A DNA stretch of 64,000 nucleotides, from positions 1,040,247 to 1,104,246 of the forward strand of contig CBDFLD010000022.1 of assembly GCA_965249005.1 (NCBI GenBank), read 5' to 3'. The translations under genes were made by a program, and so were the position numbers. The DNA is from Acidobacteriota bacterium. Lineage in GTDB: Bacteria; Acidobacteriota; UBA6911. Below the pieces are notes generated by a model that saw only the letters and a program-made list of their open reading frames with translations, was not told the origin of the DNA and did no database searches. Shown piece after piece: positions 1 to 9,092 of this stretch (its first letter is position 1; each line of letters opens with the position of its first letter).

Positions 1-2
1 AA

Positions 3-983
3 GAGCGCCAGCTATCATACTGGCGCGTCACCGATCGCGCTTTTGGAGACTACTTGCTCAACACGGACTTTGGCAATCGGACTCCGCGTACCCCCATCGA
101 CGGAGATGCTGTCGTCGAGCCCTTCTACATTTTTTCAGAGCAGCAAGCCGGTGGGTCAACCTATCGCGAGCGGTTTGCCAACAACCTGACCCAGGACCGC
201 CAGTTTGCCAGAGCGATCGTGAACTATCTGTGGAAGGAGATGTTCGGCCTCGGAATCGTCGAACCGGCGGACCAGTTTGATTTGGCGCGCCTCGATCCAG
301 CGAATCCACCCCCGGAAGGGTGGGCCCTGCAACCCACGCATCCGGCGCTGCTGGAAGCGCTCACGGACGATTTCATCGGCAGTGGATACGACCTTCGCTA
401 CTTTCTCGGACTCCTGGCCGACTCGAGCGCGTACCAGCTTTCGGCGCTTTTCCTGGATGAATGGAGTGTGGAGTACGAAGCCTACTTTGCGCGCAAGAAT
501 GTTCGTCGCCTCTGGGCGGAAGAGATCCACGACGCCATCACGATGAGCACCGGGATCAACAGCACTCTGCTGCCGTCGGGCTACACCGAGCCCGTCCAGT
601 GGGCCATGCAACTGCCCGACACAAGCGAGCCGCGTCGGAATCGCCTGGTAAGTGATTTGCTCAACGCGTTCTTGCGCGGGAATCGCGATCAAGACGTTCG
701 CAGCGGAGACGCGACCATCCTGCAAGCGCTCAACATGATGAACAGCACCTTTATTACTTCGCGGATCCGCGGGAACAATCCGAACTCGACCGTGTCGGGG
801 TTAATCGCGTCCGATCTGACGGATGCGCAAGTTGTCGAGGAGCTGTTTTTGACCACGCTGAGCCGATTTCCGACGGAGGCTGAGCTGGAAATGGGGCTGG
901 AATTTTTGTCCCAGGATCGGCGCCAAGGAGCAGAGGATCTGCAGTGGGTGATGTTGAACAAGATAGATTTTCTTTACAATTAG
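3..983 (+). CDS. DUF1553/PSD1-domain protein, C-terminal part (5' partial)
   Basis: Frame is open from base 3. Has FARAIVNYLWKEMFGLGIVEP, PTHPALLEALT and RRLWAEEIHDAI motifs typical of DUF1553; followed by a DUF1501 gene. Confidence 0.85.
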   Translation, partial: ERQLSYWRVTDRAFGDYLLNTDFGNRTPRTPIDGDAVVEPFYIFSEQQAGGSTYRERFANNLTQDRQFARAIVNYLWKEMFGLGIVEPADQFDLARLDPANPPPEGWALQPTHPALLEALTDDFIGSGYDLRYFLGLLADSSAYQLSALFLDEWSVEYEAYFARKNVRRLWAEEIHDAITMSTGINSTLLPSGYTEPVQWAMQLPDTSEPRRNRLVSDLLNAFLRGNRDQDVRSGDATILQALNMMNSTFITSRIRGNNPNSTVSGLIASDLTDAQVVEELFLTTLSRFPTEAELEMGLEFLSQDRRQGAEDLQWVMLNKIDFLYN

Positions 984-999
984 AAGAGGGAGTCACTAA

Positions 1000-2397
1000 A
1001 TGGCCATCAGGAATAGATCGGAATGTTGTCGCCAACCTCGAGCCGCCAGCGGGCTCTTCGGCGGCCCGGGATTCAGCCGGCGCCAGTTCTTCAAGCTTGC
1101 CGGAACCGGGGTGTCGGGTTACTACCTGGCGCGAGTCGCCCGTCCGCTCGAGTTGATGGCTGCCGACGAGGTGACCACTCAGAACACGGCGAGAAACTGT
1201 ATCTTCGTTTTCCTGTTGGGCGCGGCCAGCCACGTCGACACCTTCGATCTGAAGGAAGGACCTTGGACCCCGTCCGACTTCGCCCCGACGTCCTATGGCG
1301 ACGTCCGCTTCCCTCAAGGACTCATGCCGAACTTGGCGAATCAGCTGGACCGGCTGACGATCGTGCGATCGGTGCAGGCCTGGGCGGCTGTGCACGGACT
1401 GGCCCAAAGCTGGACCCAGATTGCGCGCAATCCGACATCAGGCCTTGGCAAGATCGCTCCGAATGTTGGCGCCGTGGTTGCGTTGGAAAAGGATAATCCC
1501 GAGGGCAAGCTCCCTGGTTTCGTCGCGCTGAATACGAATCGTGTCGTTGGCCCCGGGTACCTGGATAGCAAGTTCTCGCCTTTTACATTGAACCCCAATC
1601 CGGAGGGTTTGACACAAAGCACCCATCCGGACGGCCAGGAGCGATTCGATACGAGGATCGAGAGACTGAACCTGATGGACGGCGATTTGCGGATCGATTC
1701 TCCTTTGGGGAAGCCGGCGGAGTCGATGGGGTCATTCTACGAGGCAGCCCAGAATCTGATGTACGACGATGAAGTCGATGGGGTCTTCAAATTCGAAGCC
1801 GAGGAGAGTGACCGCTACGGCGGCTCCTCCTTCGGCGATTCCTGCATCGTCGCCCGGAATATCGTAGATTCGAACCTGGGAACTCGGTTTGTTCAGATCA
1901 ACCTGGGCGGGTGGGATCACCATTCGGCGATCTACGATCCCAACACCGGTATTTACCCGAGAGCCAGGGATTTGGATTCTGGCCTGTCGTCCCTGCTGGA
2001 AGATCTTTCCGCGCTCCCAGGAGTCGAGGAGGGAAAGTCGTTGCTGGACGAGACCATGATCGTGACGCTCGGTGAATTTGGGCGCACGGTCGCGGAACTC
2101 AACAGTCAGGCGGGCCGGGACCACTACCTGCAACAATTCGCGGTGTTTGCGGGCGGAGGCGCCGCGGGCGGCCGCGTCATCGGTGCAACCAACGACACCG
2201 GAGCTTATACGACGGATCCGGGATGGACACAAAACCGTCCTGTTCGTCCCGAGGATATTTCGGCCACGCTTTACTCCGCGCTCGGAATCGATTGGACCAC
2301 CGTCCGATACGATGATCCGCTTGGCCGAGGTTTCGAGTACATCCCGTTTGCGGCCGAGGACGACGCGTACGGCCCCGTCAACGAGATCTTCGCTTAA
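1000..2397 (+). CDS. DUF1501-domain protein with Tat signal
   Basis: SRRQFFK twin-arginine motif; SHVDTFD, GWDHH, GEFGRT and GRDH motifs. Confidence 0.9.
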   Translation: MAIRNRSECCRQPRAASGLFGGPGFSRRQFFKLAGTGVSGYYLARVARPLELMAADEVTTQNTARNCIFVFLLGAASHVDTFDLKEGPWTPSDFAPTSYGDVRFPQGLMPNLANQLDRLTIVRSVQAWAAVHGLAQSWTQIARNPTSGLGKIAPNVGAVVALEKDNPEGKLPGFVALNTNRVVGPGYLDSKFSPFTLNPNPEGLTQSTHPDGQERFDTRIERLNLMDGDLRIDSPLGKPAESMGSFYEAAQNLMYDDEVDGVFKFEAEESDRYGGSSFGDSCIVARNIVDSNLGTRFVQINLGGWDHHSAIYDPNTGIYPRARDLDSGLSSLLEDLSALPGVEEGKSLLDETMIVTLGEFGRTVAELNSQAGRDHYLQQFAVFAGGGAAGGRVIGATNDTGAYTTDPGWTQNRPVRPEDISATLYSALGIDWTTVRYDDPLGRGFEYIPFAAEDDAYGPVNEIFA

Positions 2398-2399
2398 AG

Positions 2400-2552
2400 G
2401 AGCTGTCAGCAGTCAGCTTTCAGCGCTGACTGGCGCAACGCGCCAGTCGCTTGGGAACGTAACTGCGCAGCGCACCGTGAAAAAACCGTGGTTTGTGACG
2501 ATTTGCTAAGTTACACGCATAGCAGCAGATCCGCGAGCAGTTACTTAAGAGC
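2400..2552 (+). repeat. ~153 bp dispersed repeat, copy 1 (MITE-like core 2459-2544)
   Basis: Near-identical reverse complement of 5163-5314; internal hairpin GACTGGCGC-aac-GCGCCAGTC; core bounded by GTAACTGC...GCAGTTAC. Confidence 0.9.
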
Positions 2553-2593
2553 CGTTCCAATACGTCGCGACGTCCCAAACAGGACGTCTGCGG

Positions 2594-2827
2594 CTACTCG
2601 GTTTTTCTGCGGAATGACTCGAGAGTCCAGTCGTCTGAATCTGTGGCATTGTGGTGACGCAGGATATACGTGTGGCCGTCGTCTGCCTGAACCCGGAAGA
2701 AGGTGGCCTCGGGACCGTACCAGGCGTCTTGCAGTTCGGTAACTTGATAGAGGGTTTCTCCGAGGAAGAAGCTCACCGGCCGCTCATCCCCTTTGTAGCC
2801 CGCATAACATTCGACTCGCAGCCGCAT
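2594..2827 (-). CDS. small hypothetical protein (77 aa, DUF6504-like)
   Basis: MRLRVECYAGYKGDERPVSF...WYGPEATFFRVQADDG; ATG at 2827 with purine-rich RBS. Confidence 0.7.
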   Translation of the reverse strand: MRLRVECYAGYKGDERPVSFFLGETLYQVTELQDAWYGPEATFFRVQADDGHTYILRHHNATDSDDWTLESFRRKTE

Positions 2828-3044
2828 CGCATATCTTCCCTGAGGCGGATGGATACGTTGGGTATCGTATCTACTGTGGTCGACCGCTGCAACTCGCCTT
2901 CGGCGAGCCGTTTGCAAGCAGACCGTATCCGTCCAGCCATTGAAATCAGCTTTGTTAATCCCGGGGATTGATCTCGCCGATAGGATTAGTGAAATCAAAA
3001 CTTTTTTGTCTTTTTAACTTTCGAATGTTACCCGAGGTGGAGCT

Positions 3045-3584
3045 TTGATTGCCGCCCTCAGTGAATCGCCCTTATCGAAGTTTGTCTTCCGTCAACTCTG
3101 GACGGGAATTGCCCTGGTTCTGGTCGCGCTCTTGATCTTCAGCAACGATGGAGATGATTTTCTCTGGCGATGGTTGCTACTGGGGGTCGGGGCCTTTCTA
3201 TGGATGCGTGGCTGGACGTCGGTCAGCCATCCGCTTCGCGCGGCTCAGTATGCGATGAATTCCAGAAACGTCGTGCTCAATATGATTCGCAAGTGGCAGC
3301 CTGCGCCGACGACGGTGGAGAGCGGTTACGAGAGATCTCTATACACGTACCTGCAGGAGCAACTCCCGTTCGTCCGACTTACTCCCGCCGCAGAGACTTC
3401 GGAAGCAGATTTCGACGCCGTGGGACATCGGGATCTGACCATCCAGTTGCAGCACGCGGCCCCGTTCCTCAGCCGCCGGATCGGACTCTACGAGGCCGGC
3501 TGGAAAAAGCCGATCGTGATCCTCCTGGTGGGCAGTACCAATCAAACTCAAATTGTCTATCCAATGAACGAATTGGTGCATTAG
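3045..3584 (+). CDS. hypothetical membrane protein
   Basis: Two N-terminal hydrophobic helices; GAGGTGGAG RBS before a TTG start. Confidence 0.55.
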   Translation: MIAALSESPLSKFVFRQLWTGIALVLVALLIFSNDGDDFLWRWLLLGVGAFLWMRGWTSVSHPLRAAQYAMNSRNVVLNMIRKWQPAPTTVESGYERSLYTYLQEQLPFVRLTPAAETSEADFDAVGHRDLTIQLQHAAPFLSRRIGLYEAGWKKPIVILLVGSTNQTQIVYPMNELVH

Positions 3585-3587
3585 TTT

Positions 3588-3780
3588 TCAGCTCTCAGCT
3601 CTCAGCTCTCAGCTCTCAGCCTACAACCTCCAGATCTCGGCTTGTAAATAGGACTCCGCAGCAAGACAATCCTCTATTGAAGAGTTCGCCAGTGCTTTGC
3701 GTTAGTAGGCCGCAGCCGCCGGCCGCGGAGGTGTCTTCCTCAATACCGCTGATTGCTGATCGCTGAGTGCTGATAGCTAA
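3588..3780. repeat. opposed heptamer tandem arrays (TCAGCTC)4 and (GCTGANN)4
   Basis: Arrays at 3588-3620 and 3748-3780 are mutually complementary. Confidence 0.85.
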
Positions 3781-3797
3781 TAACAGGAGGGAACGGA

Positions 3798-4190
3798 ATG
3801 AGCTCGCAAGCAAGCGATATTCGAGCTGCGATCGAACAGGCCAACAAGGAGTTTGCACATGTTTTTGCTCGTGGCGACGCAGCGGGTATGGCGCGGCTCT
3901 ACACTGAAACGGGAACCGTCATGTCAACGAACAGCGATTTCGTCGTTGGACGGAAGGCCCTTCAAGAATTCTGGCAGGGAGCAATCGACGGGGGCGTCAA
4001 AACGGTCCGATTGGAAACCGTGGAAGTGGAGCAATTCGGTGCCACGGCGAACGAGATGGGTCAGTACAGCCTTATTGGTCCGGACGATCAAATCCTCGAC
4101 CGAGGGAAGTACATAGTTATATGGAAGGAAAAGGTAGGCCGTTGGAAGATCCACCGAGATATCTGGAATACAAGCCTGCCGGCTGAATAG
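3798..4190 (+). CDS. NTF2-like / DUF4440 (SnoaL-like) protein
   Basis: AGGAGG RBS; ARGDAAGMARLYTE and GKYIVIWK...WKIHRDIWN pattern. Confidence 0.88.
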   Translation: MSSQASDIRAAIEQANKEFAHVFARGDAAGMARLYTETGTVMSTNSDFVVGRKALQEFWQGAIDGGVKTVRLETVEVEQFGATANEMGQYSLIGPDDQILDRGKYIVIWKEKVGRWKIHRDIWNTSLPAE

Positions 4191-4204
4191 CGAGCCCGTA
4201 TTCC

Positions 4205-5035
4205 TCACGGCAGCGTCACGTCCAGGTGATTCAGGTAGGCGGCGACGAGTTGAAAGGTCTGATAGAAATCTTCAAGCTGAACTGCGTCCAATCGGTCCCG
4301 TTCGCTGTGCAGTAGCGACAGGGTTTCGCGCGTGACGGAATGAAACATGATTGTGGGCATACCAGCCTTGCGAAAAGCTTCTGAGTCGCTAACCCCGAGT
4401 CCTTCCACGTTATAGACGGACATAGGTAGCCGGAGATCGAGATTCACTTCCTCGAGCAATCTATAAAGTTCGGGGTCTGCAGTCGACATCCACACCTTCG
4501 TGGGTCCAAGGCCTAGAGTATCGAGGTTTATCATGGCCCGGATGCTTTCTTTTTCCTCGACCGTCAGGTTCAGGACGTAGTGCTTGGATCCGACCAGTCC
4601 CTTTTCCTCGTCGGTGAACCCGATGAAAACGAACGAGTGCCGAGGCTGCTGGACGGCAATGCTTTGGTAGAGACTCGGGAGAAGGGAAGCGCCGCTCCAG
4701 TTGTCGACGACGCCATCTCCCCGATGCACCTTGTCGAAGTGGCCTCCGACCACGATGACCGCGTTGCTTGAACCCTTCAGGGTGCAAATCGTATTGGGGG
4801 CCGATGTCAGAGACACCTGCTGTTCGGAGATGTTTTCACATCCCGCTTCGACGAACAGCTGGCTGAGACTTTTCTGACGCTGTTGATTGTCCCCAGGAAA
4901 ATCATCGAGCCGGTCCTCGATGACACTTCTGTCGAGTATCGCGCTTTGAGCGGACTGACCGAACGACAACGAAGCCCAGCCCGAAAGGCAAAGCAGGAGG
5001 ACAGAGAATCGAACAAAAGATGAAGACCAGATCAT
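4205..5035 (-). CDS. M28-family metallopeptidase, secreted
   Basis: Signal peptide; GGHFD, DNWSG, DEEKGLVGS, NLD, SD and HSERD zinc-ligand motifs. Confidence 0.9.
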   Translation of the reverse strand: MIWSSSFVRFSVLLLCLSGWASLSFGQSAQSAILDRSVIEDRLDDFPGDNQQRQKSLSQLFVEAGCENISEQQVSLTSAPNTICTLKGSSNAVIVVGGHFDKVHRGDGVVDNWSGASLLPSLYQSIAVQQPRHSFVFIGFTDEEKGLVGSKHYVLNLTVEEKESIRAMINLDTLGLGPTKVWMSTADPELYRLLEEVNLDLRLPMSVYNVEGLGVSDSEAFRKAGMPTIMFHSVTRETLSLLHSERDRLDAVQLEDFYQTFQLVAAYLNHLDVTLP

Positions 5036-5162
5036 TTTGAGCTTTTGGATTTAGCTGTCAGCCAACAACTAAAACACAGCGGCTTTTCGCTACGCACGGG
5101 ACTTGGAAAGATAGTGCATGGTGCACATTCTAAAGATAGTGCCAAACGGCTGGTAGCTGAAC

Positions 5163-5314
5163 GCTCTTAAGTAACTGCTCGCGGATCTGCTGCTATGCGT
5201 GTAACTTAGCAAATCGTCAAAAACCACGTTTTTTCACGGTGCGCTGCGCAGTTACGTTCCCAAGCGACTGGCGCGTTGCGCCAGTCAGCGCTGAGAGCTG
5301 AATGCTGATAGCTC
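5163..5314 (-). repeat. ~152 bp dispersed repeat, copy 2 (inverted relative to 2400-2552)
   Basis: Direct alignment: the core differs by one substitution and one indel; three more mismatches lie in the heptamer tail. Confidence 0.9.
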
Positions 5315-5316
5315 TT

Positions 5317-6873
5317 CTACCTCTTCCCCGAAATGATTTCCACCAGGGGACGGTCGCCTTGTAGCGCAACCCGTTGCATGTAAAAGGTCAGGCCACGTGT
5401 CCCGCCGAGCTCCTCGCCACCGCCCGCGCGTCCGGGTCCACCATGCACGAGCTGAGGTAGCACGGTCCCCGGAGGTACGGTCTGGGTGGCTACCTTTGTG
5501 GAACTGATCGTCACGCGCCCATGAAATGGGGCAATGCCCCGCACCGTTTCTGTCACGAAGGTTCGGTCGTCGGAGTAAACGCTCGAGACCAGACCCCCTC
5601 CTCCGGCGGTTACCCACCGGACGGCTCCCGCAGCGGTCCCGTCATAGGGCATCACGGTCGCCACTGGACCGAACACCTCGAAGTTGTGAACCGGGTCGTC
5701 GGCCGAAGGTTCATTGCAGTGAAGGAGCACGGGCCCGACGAAGAATCCCTTGTCCGTCTCCACAGGACCGGCGACTTCCATTGCACTGCCCGCTACCGTC
5801 CGAGTGCACGATTGAAGTTTGGCGATACCGGAGCGCACGTCCTTCAATTGCTGCGCGGTCGCCAGCGGTCCCATCGTGACGTGATCGAGGGAGGGGTTCC
5901 CAACCTGGACCTCCTGCAGCAACTCCGTCATGTGTTCCAGAATCGCTTCTACCTTGTTCTGTGGAATGTATATTCGGCGCGTGGCGGTACACTTCTGCCC
6001 TGTTTTCTGGGTCATTTCCCGAACCATGTCTTTGACGAAGAGATGGATCAACTCGGATCCAACATCGACATCAGGTCCGAGAACCGCGGCGTTGAGACTG
6101 TCGGCTTCGACATTGATACGGGCAGCCTCGTGAACGATCCCCTTGCCTTGACGAAGCATGGCTCCAGTCTCGCCGGATCCCGTGAATGCGAGGACATCCT
6201 GGCCGTGCAGATGATCGAGCAGGTCCCCAGTGCTCCCGGCGATGAAGGAGAGGGTGCCTTCGGGAAGAAGATTATCCTCGAGGATGAGCTGGACAATCCG
6301 GTGCGCGAGAAGGGCGGTGCTCGTGCCAGGTTTGCTGATTACCGGCATTCCTGCCAACAGTGCCGTAGCCGCCTTTTCGGCCAGGCCCCAAGCCGGGAAG
6401 TTGAAGGCGTTGATATGGACCGCAACGCCTTCTCGAGGCAGGTACACGTGCTGGCCGAAGAGCCGCTTGCTGCGCCCGAGCAAGGTTCCTTCTCCGTCGG
6501 CCAAAATGTGAGTGTCCCCGAGCTCACGCGACAGGTCTGCATAGGCGGCCAGCGTCGCCGACGCCCCGTCGATATCGAATTTCGCGTCGGACCTGGTCGT
6601 TCCGGCGTTGGCAATCGAGAGCTCGATCAGCTCGTCGCGGTGCGCGTGCATGGTACGAGCTACCGATTGCAGGATCTCGCCCCGGGCACTGAACGTCAGC
6701 GTCCGAAGCGCAGGACCACCTACCGAGCGCGCGAATTCCAGAGCTGCGCGAAAATCCAAGCCTTCCGTGGACGCCGTGGCCAGGGGCTCTTCCGTCGCGG
6801 GATTGACCAGCGTTGCCGTGGTCCCGGCTCCCCGGACCCACTTTCCTTGAAGATAACTTTGCAGTTCGATCAT
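5317..6873 (-). CDS. aldehyde dehydrogenase of the 3,4-dehydroadipyl-CoA semialdehyde dehydrogenase / PaaZ-N type
   Basis: [35 protein letters not shown] and [15 protein letters not shown] motifs; no MaoC domain; ATG at 6873. Confidence 0.85.
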   Translation of the reverse strand: MIELQSYLQGKWVRGAGTTATLVNPATEEPLATASTEGLDFRAALEFARSVGGPALRTLTFSARGEILQSVARTMHAHRDELIELSIANAGTTRSDAKFDIDGASATLAAYADLSRELGDTHILADGEGTLLGRSKRLFGQHVYLPREGVAVHINAFNFPAWGLAEKAATALLAGMPVISKPGTSTALLAHRIVQLILEDNLLPEGTLSFIAGSTGDLLDHLHGQDVLAFTGSGETGAMLRQGKGIVHEAARINVEADSLNAAVLGPDVDVGSELIHLFVKDMVREMTQKTGQKCTATRRIYIPQNKVEAILEHMTELLQEVQVGNPSLDHVTMGPLATAQQLKDVRSGIAKLQSCTRTVAGSAMEVAGPVETDKGFFVGPVLLHCNEPSADDPVHNFEVFGPVATVMPYDGTAAGAVRWVTAGGGGLVSSVYSDDRTFVTETVRGIAPFHGRVTISSTKVATQTVPPGTVLPQLVHGGPGRAGGGEELGGTRGLTFYMQRVALQGDRPLVEIISGKR

Positions 6874-6884
6874 GCTTCCTCTGA

Positions 6885-8273
6885 CTATTTCAGACCTGAA
6901 GGGAGGCGCGGGGACGAGAGTAGTTTCTTGAACTCCTCCCATCGAACCTCGGGTTCGTCCTCTGTACCTCCGCGGGCCTCGATATAGCTACGAACAAGAT
7001 CCTGGCCCAGGTTGTAGTTGATGACATAACTTCGATACTGGTCTATGAAGCGGACACGCTGGCGCGAACGTTCCAGTGACATCAGAGAGTAGCGCTGGAG
7101 CCATCGCGACGCCTCTTCACGGTCGATCTCTCCATCGAGGTAGCGACGTGCCGCCTCGTTGCCGGCGTAGTTCAGCTTTGCTGCCAACTCCGCCACTCGG
7201 TAATACGTTTCGGCGTGCGCGGGGTCGAGTCCCGCCAGAGGAAACAGCACGTCACGCTCGAAGCGAACGCGGTCTTCACCAGGAAAGGCGACGTCGATTC
7301 CGAAATTGGCGGAGCCTTCCGCGATCAGCGATTGTGGGCTGAAGAGAGGGTAGACAGTGAACTCGACCCAATCGCGACGGCGTACCAGGGCATCCTCGAT
7401 CAGGAGATGGTAGACGTGGTGTCCAGGATAACCTTCATGACAGGCCAGATCGATGGCCCGGTCGATGTAGATGGGAAAGTCGGTGTTTACTTGAATCAGA
7501 CTGTGACCGTTGCCCTTGTACCAGTTGTAGCCACTCCAGGATTTATCGGTGACGTATTCGACGACGAAGCTCTCGTTTTCGGGAAGCTTGATGTGCTGCG
7601 TGGTCCGGCGCCGCGCTTCCTTGATGGCGGCACGAAAAACTGAATCCAGCTTTTCCGGAGGAACAACAAAAGCCTTTTTGAAATCGAGGTAACGTTGAGG
7701 GACGGGATTGTCCCCAGGCAAGAGAGATTCCAGCTCGTCGAGGAGGTTCTGAAAATGGCTTTCCGGATAGCTGGGTGGAATGACGTCATAGACGAGAGCG
7801 GCCTCCTCGTCGAAGGTCATCTTCTTTCCGGAGAGAAAGTCGACCCGCGCCGCCATCGACTGCAGCTGTTTCAAAAGATATTGGTGACGGAGCTGCGTCA
7901 GGCCCTCTTCGGATGAGACGTCCAGCACACTCAACCGCTCGATATGGCGCGTCGCTTGCTGGTGCACGCTCTCGAGTGAGGGCTTGTCTCTTCGAACCGC
8001 CTCCCGCCACTCCTGTGGCCCGTAGTAAGCGTCTACATAGTCTTGGTCGTACTCACCTACCGAGAGGGCGAGCTTGACATAGGATTCAGCGGATTCAGAG
8101 ATCAAATCGTGCATGATTGTGGCGGCTGGGACCGTACCAGGCTGCTGCGATGAAGGGTTAGGTTGACAGGCGACGATCCAGAATGCAAGTACCGAGACCG
8201 GCAAGAGGCGCAAGGATCGTGATCCGGAATCGAGTAAACGCGGCGGCGACAACATCTGTAATGCCCACTGCAT
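6885..8273 (-). CDS. putative lipoprotein zinc metalloprotein (DUF885-like)
   Basis: Lipobox-like IVAC; HEGYPGHH motif with downstream AEG; start uncertain. Confidence 0.7.
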   Translation of the reverse strand: MQWALQMLSPPRLLDSGSRSLRLLPVSVLAFWIVACQPNPSSQQPGTVPAATIMHDLISESAESYVKLALSVGEYDQDYVDAYYGPQEWREAVRRDKPSLESVHQQATRHIERLSVLDVSSEEGLTQLRHQYLLKQLQSMAARVDFLSGKKMTFDEEAALVYDVIPPSYPESHFQNLLDELESLLPGDNPVPQRYLDFKKAFVVPPEKLDSVFRAAIKEARRRTTQHIKLPENESFVVEYVTDKSWSGYNWYKGNGHSLIQVNTDFPIYIDRAIDLACHEGYPGHHVYHLLIEDALVRRRDWVEFTVYPLFSPQSLIAEGSANFGIDVAFPGEDRVRFERDVLFPLAGLDPAHAETYYRVAELAAKLNYAGNEAARRYLDGEIDREEASRWLQRYSLMSLERSRQRVRFIDQYRSYVINYNLGQDLVRSYIEARGGTEDEPEVRWEEFKKLLSSPRLPSGLK

Positions 8274-8460
8274 CGTAAAAGACCTAAACGATGTTCCAAA
8301 TGAAGCCCAATCTCAAGTGCAAACTGCTCCTGTTCAAGGTTTCGGCGTCCTTCTTACGCCCGCGCTCTTGCTGATGAAAGGTTGCGGGTTCGCAGTCTAA
8401 CGGTGGTGCCCTACCGGTCCGATAAGAGAGGAAAGCAAAGCTGATTGGAAGTCAAAGTTC

Positions 8461-8910
8461 ATGAATGATTGGTCGAGCTGGCCTCATTGTCGTCGCAAAA
8501 CTTTCCTCGCCGGTGCTTTCCTGGTGTTCTGTTCCGCCCCGGGCCTGCTGCTTTACGCCGGAGACGATATGAGCTCGGTGCCGCGAATCAGTGTCGAGGA
8601 GCTCAGCAAGCTCATGACCACCGGTGGAGTCCTGCTGGTCGATGTTCGTGACGAGCCTTATTATGATCGCGGTCACATTCCTGGAGCTGTTTCGCTCCCC
8701 ATTGGGGTCTTTGCAGAGCGAGCGCTCGAGTTGCGGGATACCAAAAAACCTATCGTAACCTACTGCAGTTGACCCACCGAGAACTCGAGTGCCCGTGCGG
8801 CACTGGTACTGAATGCCCTCGGCGTTACCGATGTCCGGGCCCTGAAGGGTGGCTTGAAGCAGTGGCAGCGGCAGGGCCGCCCCGTGGTCGGAAAGACAAG
8901 AGACGAGTAA
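8461..8910 (+). CDS. rhodanese-like domain protein, probable selenoprotein (UGA at 8770-8772 read as Sec)
   Basis: Reading through the TGA gives YCS-U-PTENSSARAALVLNALGVTDVRALKGGLKQW, which completes the rhodanese fold; a SECIS-like hairpin follows the UGA. Confidence 0.82.
8776..8807 (+). promoter_or_regulatory. putative bacterial SECIS element
   Basis: Stem AGTGCC/GGCACT (8788-8804) with loop CGTGC starting 21 nt after the UGA; G in the second loop position; possible ACC/GGT lower stem. Confidence 0.72.
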
Positions 8911-9092
8911 ACCGTACGCGTCTCTCGCCGAGAGAGACGTCTAAAAGCGGATCGTCAGTGATGTTGTAGCCCAGTTCGTCGGTCTGTCCCAGCGTCAACC
9001 TAGGCTTATCCGTCAACCATATGGTGAAGCTCGGGGGTGGTGATCACGGCCCGATTAGGGCTGTCTTTTCACAAACCTGTCCACGGCGCTGT

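Noticed and set aside
5521-6987. 488 aa plus-strand ORF
   Set aside because: Antisense shadow of the aldehyde dehydrogenase; no motifs, expected in GC-rich DNA.
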